Assembly: GCA_963817685.1 (NCBI GenBank)
Contig: CAWFPN010000022.1
Location: 40,197 to 104,196 of the forward strand
From: an uncultured Verrucomicrobiae bacterium
Lineage (GTDB): Bacteria > Verrucomicrobiota > Verrucomicrobiia > Palsa-1439
DNA: 64,000 bases
Reading direction: 5' to 3'
A model generated the notes under the pieces. It was not told where the DNA came from. It did not search any database and saw nothing but the letters and a program-made list of their open reading frames with translations. This document shows, one piece after another, positions 11,469 to 21,310 of the stretch. The position numbers and the translations under genes are program-made. Every line of letters begins with the position of its first letter. The first letter of the stretch is position 1.

Positions 11469-13289
11469 ATGGCGAGTCATTCCAAACAGTCGCTCCTGCA
11501 AAAGGCCAAGTCGATGGGGTTCTCCGACCGGCAGATCGCGTCGCTGGTCGGCTCGACCGAGGACGAGGTGCGGGCGTTGCGCAAGAAGCTGGGCATCGTG
11601 CCCAGTTACCGGCTGGTGGACACCTGCGCGGCGGAATTCGAGGCCTACACGCCGTACTATTACTCGACCTACGACACGATGGACGATGAGGTCCGCCAGA
11701 CCGACACGCGCAAGGTGATGATCCTCGGCGGCGGGCCGAACCGCATCGGGCAGGGGATCGAATTCGATTATTGCTGCGTCCACGCCGCGTTCGCGTTGAA
11801 GGAACTCGGGTTCGAGACCATCATGGTCAACTCCAATCCCGAGACCGTGTCGACCGATTACGACACGAGCGACAAACTGTTTTTCGAGCCGTTGACGCTG
11901 GAGGACGTGCTGCACATTTACGAGCGCGAGAAATGCTGGGGCGCGATTGTGCAGTTCGGCGGCCAGACGCCGCTGAACCTGGCGCTCGGCCTCGAGAAGA
12001 ACCACGTCAACATCATCGGCACGTCGCCCAAGAGCATCGAGATCGCGGAGGACAGGAAACTGTTTTCGTCGATGCTCGACAAGCTCGGCATCCCGCAACC
12101 GCCCAACGGCATCGCCGTCAACGAAGAGCAGGCGCTCGTCGCGGCGAACCGGCTGGGTTACCCCGTGCTGGTGCGGCCATCGTTTGTGCTCGGCGGCCGG
12201 GCAATGCAGATCGTTTACAGCGACGAGGAAATCCGCCATTACATGCGCTTCGCGGTCGAGGCGTCGCCGGAACGGCCGGTATTGGTGGATAAATTTCTCG
12301 AGGAAGCGTTCGAGGTGGACGTGGATTGCCTGGCTGATATCGGCGTCGGCGGCGATACGGTTGTCATCGGCGGGTTTCTCGAGCACATCGAGTTCGCCGG
12401 CTGCCACAGCGGTGACGCGGCGATGGTGTTGCCGCCGCATTCACTCGGCCCGGAAAACATCGAGACGATGCGCCGGTACACGCACGCCATGGCGCGGGAA
12501 TTGAAGGTGGCCGGCCTGATGAACGTGCAATTCGCCGTCAAAGGCCACCAGGTCTGGGTGCTCGAAGTCAATCCGCGCGCCTCGCGCACCGTGCCGTTCG
12601 TCAGCAAGGCGATTGGCCGGCCCCTGGCCAAGATCGCGGCAAAGGTGATGACGGGCAAGAAGCTGCCCGAGCTTGGGTTCACAAAGGAAATCTGGCCGCC
12701 TTATTTTTCGGCGAAGGAATCCGTGTTCCCCTTCAGCAAATTCCCCGGCGTGGACATCCTGCTCGGGCCGGAAATGCGTTCCACCGGCGAAGTGATGGGC
12801 ATCGGCGCCGACTGGGGTGAAGCCTACGCCAAATCGCAGATGGCCGCCGCGCCGGCCTTGCCGCAGGGAGGCAAGGTCTTCATCAGCGTGCGCGATTCGG
12901 ACAAGACGCTGGTGGTGCCGATTGCCAGGGAATTTGCCGGGCTTGGGTTTGAGGTTTGCGCCACCAGCGGGACGGCGAAAGTGTTGCAGGAAGCGGGCGT
13001 GGCGGTGCGCTCATTGTACAAACTTTCCGAGGGCCGCCCGAACGTGCTGGACATGATCAAGAACGGCGAGATCGCCCTGGTGATCAACACGCCGGCCGGC
13101 AAAACGCCCCGGGCCGATGAAGTGCGCATCCGCACCGCCGCCGTGGCCTACAAGATTTCGATCATGACCACCCTGGCCGGCGCCCGGGCGGCGGCCTTGG
13201 GCATCGCCGCCATCCGCAAAAAGGGCTTGGCGGTGCGCACCGTCCAGGAATATCACGCCCAGCTCAACGGCGCGGGCGGCAAGCCCTGA
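11469..13289 (+). CDS. carB: Carbamoyl-phosphate synthase large subunit, C-terminal half (606 aa)
   Basis: LLQKAKSMGFSDRQIA, VDTCAAEFEA, GPNRIGQGIEFDYCC, EVNPRASRTVPFVSKA, C-terminal MGS-like domain. Confidence 0.95.
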   Translation: MASHSKQSLLQKAKSMGFSDRQIASLVGSTEDEVRALRKKLGIVPSYRLVDTCAAEFEAYTPYYYSTYDTMDDEVRQTDTRKVMILGGGPNRIGQGIEFDYCCVHAAFALKELGFETIMVNSNPETVSTDYDTSDKLFFEPLTLEDVLHIYEREKCWGAIVQFGGQTPLNLALGLEKNHVNIIGTSPKSIEIAEDRKLFSSMLDKLGIPQPPNGIAVNEEQALVAANRLGYPVLVRPSFVLGGRAMQIVYSDEEIRHYMRFAVEASPERPVLVDKFLEEAFEVDVDCLADIGVGGDTVVIGGFLEHIEFAGCHSGDAAMVLPPHSLGPENIETMRRYTHAMARELKVAGLMNVQFAVKGHQVWVLEVNPRASRTVPFVSKAIGRPLAKIAAKVMTGKKLPELGFTKEIWPPYFSAKESVFPFSKFPGVDILLGPEMRSTGEVMGIGADWGEAYAKSQMAAAPALPQGGKVFISVRDSDKTLVVPIAREFAGLGFEVCATSGTAKVLQEAGVAVRSLYKLSEGRPNVLDMIKNGEIALVINTPAGKTPRADEVRIRTAAVAYKISIMTTLAGARAAALGIAAIRKKGLAVRTVQEYHAQLNGAGGKP

Positions 13290-13295
13290 GGCGGC

Positions 13296-14138
13296 ATGGC
13301 GGAACAATTCGATTTCGTCCGCTCGCACGGTCTGGGCAACGATTATCTTGTCATTGATGCCGCGCGGCTCGGCTTCGAACTCACGCCGGGCCGTGTCCGC
13401 CAAATCTGCCATCGCAATACCGGCGTCGGCTCCGACGGCATCCTGGCGCTCGTGCCGCCCCCCGCCGGCGCCGATTTCGCGGTCCGCATCCTGAATCCCG
13501 ACGGGTCGGAAGCGGAAAAAAGCGGCAACGGCCTGCGCATCTTCGCCAAATTTCTCCACGACCACGGTTACACGAAGAAGACAGAGTTCACCATCCACAC
13601 GCTCGGAGGCGTTGTCAGCGCGAAACTCATCCTGGACGGGACGCATTGCGGCGCGGTGCGGGTCGAGATGGGCCGGGCGGTCATTGACCGCGCGCTGACG
13701 AAACTTGAAGTGGGCGGGCGGACATTAAACGTCACTTCATTGTCCGTGGGCAATCCGCACTGCGTGATGATGGTGGACGATCTGTCCAAAGCAGACCTGT
13801 TGAAACTCGGTCCGCTGATCGAGAACCACCCTGCGTTTCCGAACCGCACCAACGTGCAGTTTGCCAGGGTGCTCTCGCGCCACGACGTGCGGGCGTTGAT
13901 TTGGGAGCGCGGTGCGGGCCACACGCTGGCCTCCGGGTCCAGCTCCTGCGCCATCGCCACGGCCTGTTTCGACAAAAAACTCGCGGACAGCCCCGTCACC
14001 GTCCACATGGAAGGCGGCGACCTGACCATCGAGATCAGCCGGGACCTCGACCTGGTAATGACCGGTCCTGTGGAGGAAGTCCATCGCGGGATATTCAGCG
14101 AGGAATTTCGCCGCCGGTTACTGCTTGTTGTCGACTAG
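13296..14138 (+). CDS. dapF: Diaminopimelate epimerase
   Basis: HGLGNDY, NPDGSEAEKSGNGLR, VGNPH, WERGAGHTLASGSS. Confidence 0.9.
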   Translation: MAEQFDFVRSHGLGNDYLVIDAARLGFELTPGRVRQICHRNTGVGSDGILALVPPPAGADFAVRILNPDGSEAEKSGNGLRIFAKFLHDHGYTKKTEFTIHTLGGVVSAKLILDGTHCGAVRVEMGRAVIDRALTKLEVGGRTLNVTSLSVGNPHCVMMVDDLSKADLLKLGPLIENHPAFPNRTNVQFARVLSRHDVRALIWERGAGHTLASGSSSCAIATACFDKKLADSPVTVHMEGGDLTIEISRDLDLVMTGPVEEVHRGIFSEEFRRRLLLVVD

Positions 14139-14621
14139 TTGCTGGAACTCCGGCAGCGACCGCAGCGAAGCGAAGTCCTGTTCCGCTTCGGCCAGCTCCT
14201 TCAATTTCGGGTCGAGGGCCAGCGCGGCGCGCAACAGCCCCAGCGCTTCCTCGGGCCGTTGCTGGACGGCGCGGTAGCAGGCCATGTTGAAATGCGCCAG
14301 CGCATCGCTGGGGTTGGCGGTGAAAGCATGCTGCAGCGTGTCCACCGCCGCGTCCAGCGACTGGGTGCGCCGGCGGATGTAGGCGAGGTTGATCCAGATC
14401 GCCGGGTCACGCGGGTTCAATTCCGCCAGCCGGGCGACAAACGGTTCGGCTTCCTTGAGCCGGTCGGTGTGCCAGAGGATGGCGGACTTGATGGCGATGG
14501 CCTGCGCCTGGTCCGGCTCCAGGGCGAGCACGGCGTCGGCCTCGCGCAGTGCGTCGGTGTACATCTTCAAATCCAGGTAACCGGAAGCGAATTCGAGATG
14601 GCGTTGCACGTCCTCGTTCAT
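14118..14621 (-). CDS. TPR-repeat protein
   Basis: GYLDLKM, WINLAYIRRR, AHFNMACY...ALALDP..AEAEQDF. Confidence 0.85.
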   Translation of the reverse strand: MNEDVQRHLEFASGYLDLKMYTDALREADAVLALEPDQAQAIAIKSAILWHTDRLKEAEPFVARLAELNPRDPAIWINLAYIRRRTQSLDAAVDTLQHAFTANPSDALAHFNMACYRAVQQRPEEALGLLRAALALDPKLKELAEAEQDFASLRSLPEFQQLVDNKQ

Positions 14622-14683
14622 GTGCTGTCACAACGGTTGCAAAAAATATAGCAAGCTTGCCGCCAATTTGCCATCCTACCGCC

Positions 14684-15715
14684 ATGCTTTACAAGATGCT
14701 CGTCCGCCCCGCGCTGCTGCAGCTTGATCCGGAAGAAGCGCATGAGCGCGCGCTGTGGATGACCGCCTGGCTGGGGCGTAGCGGGATTGCGCGGGACGCG
14801 CTGCGGGCATTGTTCGCGGTGGAAGACGGGCGGCTGCGGCAAACGGTCTGCGGCATCGACTTCCCCAATCCCGTCGGCCTGGGGGCCGGTTACGACAAGA
14901 ACGCCGTCGGCATCGATCTCTGGCCGTCGCTGGGATTCGGGTTTGTGGAGATCGGCAGCGTCACCGCGCGCGCGCAGCCGGGCAATCCGCCGCCGCGCCT
15001 GTTTCGGCTGGTGGAAGAGCGGGCATTGATCAACCGGATGGGCTTCAATAATGACGGAGCGACGGCGATTGCCGCGCGCGTCCCGCCGCCGCCGCACGCG
15101 ATTCCCCTGGGCGTGAACATCGGCAAGAACCGCGACGTCGAACTCGCGCAGGCCGCCGCCAATTACGCGGCGACGCTGGAACAATTCCAGGGCCGCGCCG
15201 ATTTCTTCGTGCTCAACGTCAGTTCCCCGAACACGCCCGGCCTGCGCAAGCTGCAGGACCGCGATCACTTGAACGATCTTCTCGCGGGCGTGCCCACAAA
15301 GACGCCCCTGTTTCTCAAGCTCGCGCCCGATTTGACGTTTGACCAGATCGACGACGCGCTGGAACTGATTCAGCAACACCGGCTTGCTGGCGTGGTGGCG
15401 ACAAACACGACGATTGATCATCTGACGCCGCCCGAAGGGGGCCTGAGCGGCGCGCCGTTGCGGGCGCGCGCCACCGAATGCGTGCGGCACATTTGGCGTC
15501 AAACGCATGGCCGGCTGCCGATCATCGGCGTGGGCGGGATTTTCAGCGCGGCCGAGGCCTACGAAAAGATCCGCGCCGGGGCCAGCCTGGTGGAAGTGTG
15601 GACGGGCCTGATTTACGAAGGGCCGGCCCTGGTGCGCGACATCAACCGCGGTTTGCTGGAGCTGCTGGACCGGGACGGTTTTTACAGCATCGCCGACGCG
15701 GTGGGCGCGGAGTAG
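14684..15715 (+). CDS. pyrD: Quinone-dependent dihydroorotate dehydrogenase (class 2)
   Basis: LDPEEAH, NPVGLGAGYDKN, INRMGFNN, NVSSPNTPGLR, GGLSGAPL. Confidence 0.95.
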   Translation: MLYKMLVRPALLQLDPEEAHERALWMTAWLGRSGIARDALRALFAVEDGRLRQTVCGIDFPNPVGLGAGYDKNAVGIDLWPSLGFGFVEIGSVTARAQPGNPPPRLFRLVEERALINRMGFNNDGATAIAARVPPPPHAIPLGVNIGKNRDVELAQAAANYAATLEQFQGRADFFVLNVSSPNTPGLRKLQDRDHLNDLLAGVPTKTPLFLKLAPDLTFDQIDDALELIQQHRLAGVVATNTTIDHLTPPEGGLSGAPLRARATECVRHIWRQTHGRLPIIGVGGIFSAAEAYEKIRAGASLVEVWTGLIYEGPALVRDINRGLLELLDRDGFYSIADAVGAE

Positions 15716-15748
15716 AATGCCGCGAGCAGTCAATGTAGCGGAGCATCG

Positions 15749-17557
15749 ATGAGCGAACCGAAAGCAACATCACCGGTCTGGCCCCAGGCCCGGACGTTGA
15801 TCCTGGCGCAGCGCAAGGACGCGCTGGCGGGGCTGGCGTTGACGTTGCTGAGCATCGGCGCGAGCCTGTTGCAGCCGTGGCTGTCGATGAAGGTCATTGT
15901 CGACAGCATCCTGGTGGGCACCTCCTCGATCCCGCGCTGGGCCGGGGCTTTTGGCGGCGGCAAACCCGGCGCGCTGCTGGTGGTCTGTCTGGCGTTGCTG
16001 CTGCTGTTTGTGGCGCGCGGCGGGCTGAGCGCGTGGGGCACGATGTACCTGGTGCGGGCGGGCGTGCGGATGACGCAGGAATTACGCTGCCGGGTCTACG
16101 AGCACTTGCAGAAGCTCGGGCTGGTCTTCCACGACACCCGCGCGGTCGGCGATTCGATTTACCGGGTCACCTGGGACACCTATTCGATCCAGACGCTGTT
16201 CAACGGCGGCCTGATCCCGCTGGTGTCGTCGGTGGTCACGCTGATGGGGATGCTGATCATCATGCTGCGCTTCGACGTGGTGCTGACACTGCTGGCGCTG
16301 GCGGTGGCGCCCGCGCTGGCGTTGACGATCAAGTTTTACAATCGCCGGCTGGCGGCTGTTTCCACCGAATATCACACCCGCGAAAGCAAGGTCAGCTCGG
16401 TCATCCAGGAATCGCTGGCGGCGATCCGCACCATCCAGGCGTTCGCGCGCGAGGAGGACGAGATCCGGCGGTTTGGCGACAACACGGCGCAAAGCGTGGA
16501 CGCCAATGTGCGGATGACGCAGGTGCAGGTGATGTCCTCGTTCGTCGTCGGATTGATCACGGCGGCGGGCACGGCGGCGATGATCTGGATCGGCGGCCGG
16601 CGCGTGCTGGAGGGACGGTTGAGCATCGGCGAACTGCTGGTGTTCATCAGTTACGTCGGCATGCTCTACGGTCCAATGAGCACCATCAGCGGCCTGGCCG
16701 CGGCGATCCAGGGAGCGCTCACCCCGTTTCGCCGCGTGGCGGAAATCCTGGAAACCAAACCCACCATCCGCGACGCGCCGAATGCGCGGCCGCTGGAGCG
16801 GTGCGGCGGCGTGGTGAAGTTCGACGACGTCTGGTTCGGCTACAATGCGGACCGGCCCGTGCTCAAGGGCATTGATTTCGAAGGTCGTCCCGGCCAACTG
16901 ATCGCGCTGGTTGGGCCGAGCGGCGTGGGCAAATCGACGCTGCTGAGCCTGTTGCTGCGCTTCTATGATCCCCAAAAAGGGCGCGTGCTGGTGGACGGGC
17001 AGGATGTGCGCGAATTCCAATACCGGTCCTTGCGCCGCCAGATCAGCATTGTGCCGCAGGAGCCCGTGTTGTTTTCCACGACCGTGGCCGAGAACATCGC
17101 CTACGGCCGACCCGATGCCGCGCGGGACCTGATTGTCGAGGCCGCCAAACAGGCGGAAGCGCACGAGTTCATCACAGCGATGCCGCAGGGATATGACACG
17201 CCGATTGGCGAGCGCGGCGTGCTGTTGTCGGGCGGACAACGCCAGCGGCTGGCGCTGGCCCGGGCGTTTTTGAAGAACGCACCGATCCTGATCCTGGACG
17301 AACCGACCGCCGCGCTGGACTCCGAGACCGAAGCGGCTGTGTTGCGCGCGCTGGAACGGTTGCGCCGGGAACGAACGGTGTTCGTTGTGGCGCACCGGCT
17401 TTCGACCGTGCGGGAAGCGACGCTGTTGCTGGTGATGCACGACGGCCGGATCGTCGAACGCGGCACGCACGCCGCGTTGCTGGCGCAAGGCGGCCATTAC
17501 ACGCGCGTGTGCGAATTGCAATTTGGCGAGCCGTTGAACGCCGCGGCGAAGTCCTGA
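15749..17557 (+). CDS. ABC exporter, fused permease/ATPase (MsbA-like)
   Basis: N-terminal TM helices; GPSGVGKST, LSGGQRQR, LILDEPT, VAHRLST. Confidence 0.93.
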   Translation: MSEPKATSPVWPQARTLILAQRKDALAGLALTLLSIGASLLQPWLSMKVIVDSILVGTSSIPRWAGAFGGGKPGALLVVCLALLLLFVARGGLSAWGTMYLVRAGVRMTQELRCRVYEHLQKLGLVFHDTRAVGDSIYRVTWDTYSIQTLFNGGLIPLVSSVVTLMGMLIIMLRFDVVLTLLALAVAPALALTIKFYNRRLAAVSTEYHTRESKVSSVIQESLAAIRTIQAFAREEDEIRRFGDNTAQSVDANVRMTQVQVMSSFVVGLITAAGTAAMIWIGGRRVLEGRLSIGELLVFISYVGMLYGPMSTISGLAAAIQGALTPFRRVAEILETKPTIRDAPNARPLERCGGVVKFDDVWFGYNADRPVLKGIDFEGRPGQLIALVGPSGVGKSTLLSLLLRFYDPQKGRVLVDGQDVREFQYRSLRRQISIVPQEPVLFSTTVAENIAYGRPDAARDLIVEAAKQAEAHEFITAMPQGYDTPIGERGVLLSGGQRQRLALARAFLKNAPILILDEPTAALDSETEAAVLRALERLRRERTVFVVAHRLSTVREATLLLVMHDGRIVERGTHAALLAQGGHYTRVCELQFGEPLNAAAKS

Positions 17558-17560
17558 GCG

Positions 17561-18691
17561 ATGAAGAAAGTCATCGTCACCAGTGGCTGGGGGGCCGGTT
17601 ATCCTGCCGGCGGCGGAATGCAGTGGTTGAACCTGCATTACCTGGCCGGGCTGCGCGCGCTGGGCGTGGAACCGTTCTGGCTGGACGTGCTCGGGCCGCC
17701 CAAAGATGGCGCACCGCAAACGACCTCGGCCATGATTGATGGTTTTCGCGCCCAGTGCGAGCGGTTCGGGTTCGGCGGGAACTGGGCGGTGCTCTACGAC
17801 GGCAAAAAGGTGTTCGGGATGGCGGAGCAATCGCTGGCCGCGTTGTGCAACGATTGCGATTTGCTCATCAACCTCTGCGGCGCGCTCAAGCAGGACGAAT
17901 GGCTGCGCCGGATCAGGCGGCGGGCCTACTTCGACCTCGATCCCGGGTTCACCCAAATCTGGGCGCAACGCTGGGACATGGATCTTTCGAAGCATAACCT
18001 GTTCTTCACCGTCGGCCTGAACGTGGGCGGGCCCGGATTCTCCATCCCTTTGCGCGGCCTGGAGTGGCAGACGTTCCTGCCGCCGGTGGCGCTGGAATTT
18101 TGGCCGGCGCAGACCGCCGCGCCCGCGCGTCCCTTCACCACGGTGGCGCAATGGCGCGGGCAGGAAGCGGTCTGGCAGGAGGAATATTACGGCCCGAAGC
18201 GCGAGGAATTCCTGAAGTTCGCCGAATTGCCGCGCAAGGTTTCCCAGCCGCTGGAACTGGCGCTGCTGATCCACGAATCGGAAGCGGAAGACATCGCGGT
18301 ATTGCGCGGCAACGGCTGGGAGCTGACCAACCCGCACGAAGTGGCCGGCGGACTGGACGGGTTTCGTTCCTACATCCAGCAGTCGCGCGGCGAGTGGAGC
18401 GTGGCCAAGGGAGGCTATGTGAAATCGCGCAGCGGCTGGTTCAGCGATCGCACCGCCTGTTATCTCGCCTCCGGTCGCCCCGTACTGGTGCAGGAAACGG
18501 GGATCGCGGGACATCTGCCAACCGGACAGGGCCTGCTGACGTTCTCGACGCTGGAGGAAGTCGCGCGCGGCATCGACCAGATCAACGCCGACTACGCCGC
18601 CCACTGCGCCGCAGCGCGCCACCTGGCTGAAACGCGGTTCGCCGCCCCGGAAGTCTTGCAGTCGATCTTGAAGCGGACGCGGGTGCTGTAG
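17561..18691 (+). CDS. Putative glycosyltransferase (GT-B-like)
   Basis: DLDPGFTQIW, SGWFSDRTACYLASGRPVLVQETG; coupled to the ABC gene. Confidence 0.7.
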   Translation: MKKVIVTSGWGAGYPAGGGMQWLNLHYLAGLRALGVEPFWLDVLGPPKDGAPQTTSAMIDGFRAQCERFGFGGNWAVLYDGKKVFGMAEQSLAALCNDCDLLINLCGALKQDEWLRRIRRRAYFDLDPGFTQIWAQRWDMDLSKHNLFFTVGLNVGGPGFSIPLRGLEWQTFLPPVALEFWPAQTAAPARPFTTVAQWRGQEAVWQEEYYGPKREEFLKFAELPRKVSQPLELALLIHESEAEDIAVLRGNGWELTNPHEVAGGLDGFRSYIQQSRGEWSVAKGGYVKSRSGWFSDRTACYLASGRPVLVQETGIAGHLPTGQGLLTFSTLEEVARGIDQINADYAAHCAAARHLAETRFAAPEVLQSILKRTRVL

Positions 18692-18718
18692 GTGGCCGCG
18701 AAAGTGTTTCGCGGCTAC
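18692..18718. repeat. REP-like hairpin
   Basis: GTGGCCGCGAAA-GTG-TTTCGCGGCTAC. Confidence 0.7.
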
Positions 18719-18747
18719 AAGAAGTGCGTACCGCCTTAAACGAATAG

Positions 18748-19071
18748 TCAGGCGTTACTGGATTTCTCAGCGGTCACTTTCTGCCATGGCCGGGCAATCA
18801 GAATACAGAGCAGAAGCCCGACACAAATACCTCCGAGCAGCCCCTTGATATGATTAAGCCTGAAGAAAGCGTGATCTGACATCGAGGAACGGCGATATAA
18901 CAACACGAGGCCAAGAACACCCCATGAGATCCCTAAAATGCACACGAGGATCGAAACAATCTTGGCCCAAGTCGTATAGACATGCCGTCGATCCAAGAAG
19001 ATCAGAGCAACAAAAACAACGGAGAGAACCATGCCAACAGACACCAATATGATGTGAGATTGATGGGTCAT
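18748..19071 (-). CDS. Small low-GC membrane protein (3 TM)
   Basis: MTHQSHIILVSVG...; three hydrophobic stretches; AT-richer than its flanks. Confidence 0.65.
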   Translation of the reverse strand: MTHQSHIILVSVGMVLSVVFVALIFLDRRHVYTTWAKIVSILVCILGISWGVLGLVLLYRRSSMSDHAFFRLNHIKGLLGGICVGLLLCILIARPWQKVTAEKSSNA

Positions 19072-19120
19072 GCTGGCTTCTTGCAAGAAATTGATGGGTC
19101 ATGCTGGCTTCTTGCAAGAA
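19059..19120. repeat. Perfect 31-bp tandem duplication
   Basis: ATTGATGGGTCATGCTGGCTTCTTGCAAGAA twice (19059-19089 and 19090-19120). Confidence 0.95.
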
Positions 19121-19151
19121 TAAGTACGTTGAACTGGGATGTCCACCTTTT

Positions 19152-19177
19152 TAGCCGCGAATCCTATTCGCGGCAAC
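19152..19177. repeat. REP-like hairpin
   Basis: TAGCCGCGAAT-CCT-ATTCGCGGCAAC, same family as 11353 and 18692. Confidence 0.65.
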
Positions 19178-19232
19178 AAGAAGAGCCGCGCTTTTCATTG
19201 CCACGACCTCTGCTGAGAAGCTACCATCGCGC

Positions 19233-19958
19233 GTGCACATGGTCACAGTCAGCAGCCCCCAGGCGGTGTTTGAAGATGATGACGTGCTGGTGGTGGACAA
19301 GCCGGCGCCGCTGGTTTGTCATTCGGCGAGTCATCCGGAGCATCCCACATTGGTGGCCTGGTTGCGGGAGCGCGGACTGGCGACGCCGCATTTGGTCAAT
19401 CGTCTCGACCGCGAGACGAGCGGTCTGGTGCTTGTGGCCAAACATGAGCGCGCGGCCACCCTCCTCGGCAAACAAGTCCAACGCCGTGAGATCCGCAAGG
19501 AATATGTGGCGATTGGCTGGGGCATGTTAGAACAGGAGCGCGGCACGATCGATCAACCGATTGGCATGGCGAAGAATTCCGCCGTGTACACCCGCCGCGC
19601 TGTGGATCAGGCGGCTGGCAAACCGTGCGTGACGGAGTTTGTTGTCGAAAAGCGGTTGCGGGGGTTCACCGTCGCGCGACTGCATCCGCTCACGGGCCGT
19701 GCCCACCAGTTGCGGGTGCATCTGGCGTGGCTGGGCCATCCGATTGTGGGCGACAAGGTGTATGGGCCGGACGAGAGGCTGTATTTGCAGTTCATCCGGG
19801 AAGGCGTGACGGACGAGATGCTGGGGCGGCTGTTGCTGCCGCGCCACGCGCTTCATGCCCACCGGGTCGCGTTCCGTCATCCGGTCACGCAACGCCTGTG
19901 CGAAGTGGAAGCGGCCTTGCCGGAGGACATGCACCGGTTCATCGCGGAGCACGCCTGA
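19233..19958 (+). CDS. RluA-family pseudouridine synthase
   Basis: VVDKP, NRLDRETSG, TGRAHQLRVH, HPIVGDKVYG. Confidence 0.92.
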   Translation: MHMVTVSSPQAVFEDDDVLVVDKPAPLVCHSASHPEHPTLVAWLRERGLATPHLVNRLDRETSGLVLVAKHERAATLLGKQVQRREIRKEYVAIGWGMLEQERGTIDQPIGMAKNSAVYTRRAVDQAAGKPCVTEFVVEKRLRGFTVARLHPLTGRAHQLRVHLAWLGHPIVGDKVYGPDERLYLQFIREGVTDEMLGRLLLPRHALHAHRVAFRHPVTQRLCEVEAALPEDMHRFIAEHA

Positions 19959-21200
19959 ATGCGCACGCTGTTCGTCAACGAAGGATTTCGCCGGTTGTGG
20001 ATTTCGCAGATCGTGCTGGCGCTGGGCGACGCGGTGATGCAGATGGGGTTGCTGGAATTGTTTCACCGGTGCGGCTACAACATCCAGACCGAGATCGCCA
20101 AGATGCTCTTTGCCGCGTCGTTGCCGGCGCTCGTGTTCGGCCCGCTGGCGATTGCCTATTTGGACCGCTGGCAGCGGCGCAACGTGTTGATGATCGTCGA
20201 TGCGTTGCGGGCGGTGATGATCGTGGTGATCGCCGTCTGGCTGCTGCCGATGCTCACGGGGCATGTGGAAGGGCGCAGTTTATTTTTCGTTTACGTGATG
20301 ATCTTCGCCATCGGCACGGTGACGACGTTTTATTATCCCGCGCGGTACGCCCTGCTGCCGAACCTGGTGGACACGGCCAACCTGATTCCCGCCAACACGC
20401 TGTTCACCACGAGCCTGGCGGTGGCCGGCGTCGCGGGCCGGCCGCTGGGCGGGTTTGTGGCTGAACGCATGGGCGTGGAATGGGCGGTGCTGGCCAACGC
20501 GGTGGCCTACCTGGCGGGCGTCGCGCTGATCTGGCGTATCACCATGCAGCCGCACGCGACGTCGCAGACCGGGACGCCGCATCCGCAGGGCGGCTGGGGC
20601 GAATTGAAGGTCGGCCTGGTGTATTTGTGGCGGCATCCGATCGCGCTGCGTCTGACGGTGGTGACGGGCGTGTTTGCCTTTCTGGGCGGAGTGTTCGTGG
20701 TGACGTTCACCGGCTACTCGTATGACACCTTGAAACTCGGCACGGCCGGGCTGGGTTATTTGCTGGCTTCGGCTGCCCCTGGTGCCGCGGCGGGGGTGTT
20801 CCTGATGGGCCGGGCCGGGCCGTGGACGCGGTCGGCCTGGCTGCCGTTCGTCCAATTGAGCCTGGCGGGCGGGCTGGTGCTGTTGCTCGGCGCGACGACG
20901 AACCCGTGGCTGGCCGCGCCGTTGCTCACGGTGCTCGGCGCGGTGGTGGCCACGGCGATGATCCCCATCGACGCCAAACTGCAGGAGCACGTCGAAGACG
21001 AACGGCGCGGCGCGGTGTTTGCGGCGCGCGGGATGGTGACTTCGGCGACGATGATCATCGCCTTCTGGCTGCAATTTGGCTGTGATGTCTTCCGGCGCAC
21101 GGCCGCGCCGAGGGTGCTGTTGTGGCTGGGCCTCGGTACGCTGGCGGCGGCGTTGCTGACCTTCCTGGCCATCCGCTCCGACGAACGCCGGGATGCCTAG
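19959..21200 (+). CDS. MFS transporter
   Basis: About 12 TM helices; LDRWQRRNVLMIVD MFS motif A. Confidence 0.88.
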   Translation: MRTLFVNEGFRRLWISQIVLALGDAVMQMGLLELFHRCGYNIQTEIAKMLFAASLPALVFGPLAIAYLDRWQRRNVLMIVDALRAVMIVVIAVWLLPMLTGHVEGRSLFFVYVMIFAIGTVTTFYYPARYALLPNLVDTANLIPANTLFTTSLAVAGVAGRPLGGFVAERMGVEWAVLANAVAYLAGVALIWRITMQPHATSQTGTPHPQGGWGELKVGLVYLWRHPIALRLTVVTGVFAFLGGVFVVTFTGYSYDTLKLGTAGLGYLLASAAPGAAAGVFLMGRAGPWTRSAWLPFVQLSLAGGLVLLLGATTNPWLAAPLLTVLGAVVATAMIPIDAKLQEHVEDERRGAVFAARGMVTSATMIIAFWLQFGCDVFRRTAAPRVLLWLGLGTLAAALLTFLAIRSDERRDA

Positions 21201-21220
21201 AGCACCCTGACGAAACCTCC

Positions 21221-21280
21221 GTAGCCGCAGGCTTTAGCCTGCGCTGGCGCGTCATTAACGCCCCCTAAAGGGTGCGGCTA
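21221..21280. repeat. GTAG-type REP doublet
   Basis: GTAGCCGCAGGCTTTAGCCTGCG...CGCCCCCTAAAGGGTGCGGCTAC. Confidence 0.85.
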
Positions 21281-21310
21281 CAGGAACGTGTCGGGTTATG
21301 CAATGCGTCC

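Noticed and set aside
16082-18622. 846-aa minus-strand ORF, and similar long ORFs at 26456-28552, 38781-40988 and 57976-60285
   Set aside because: High-GC antisense shadows of well-supported genes; no recognisable motifs.
18720-18755. Integron attC-like ends (GCCTGAC here; GCCTAAC at 48881)
   Set aside because: No matching GTTRRRY with a paired stem and no integrase.
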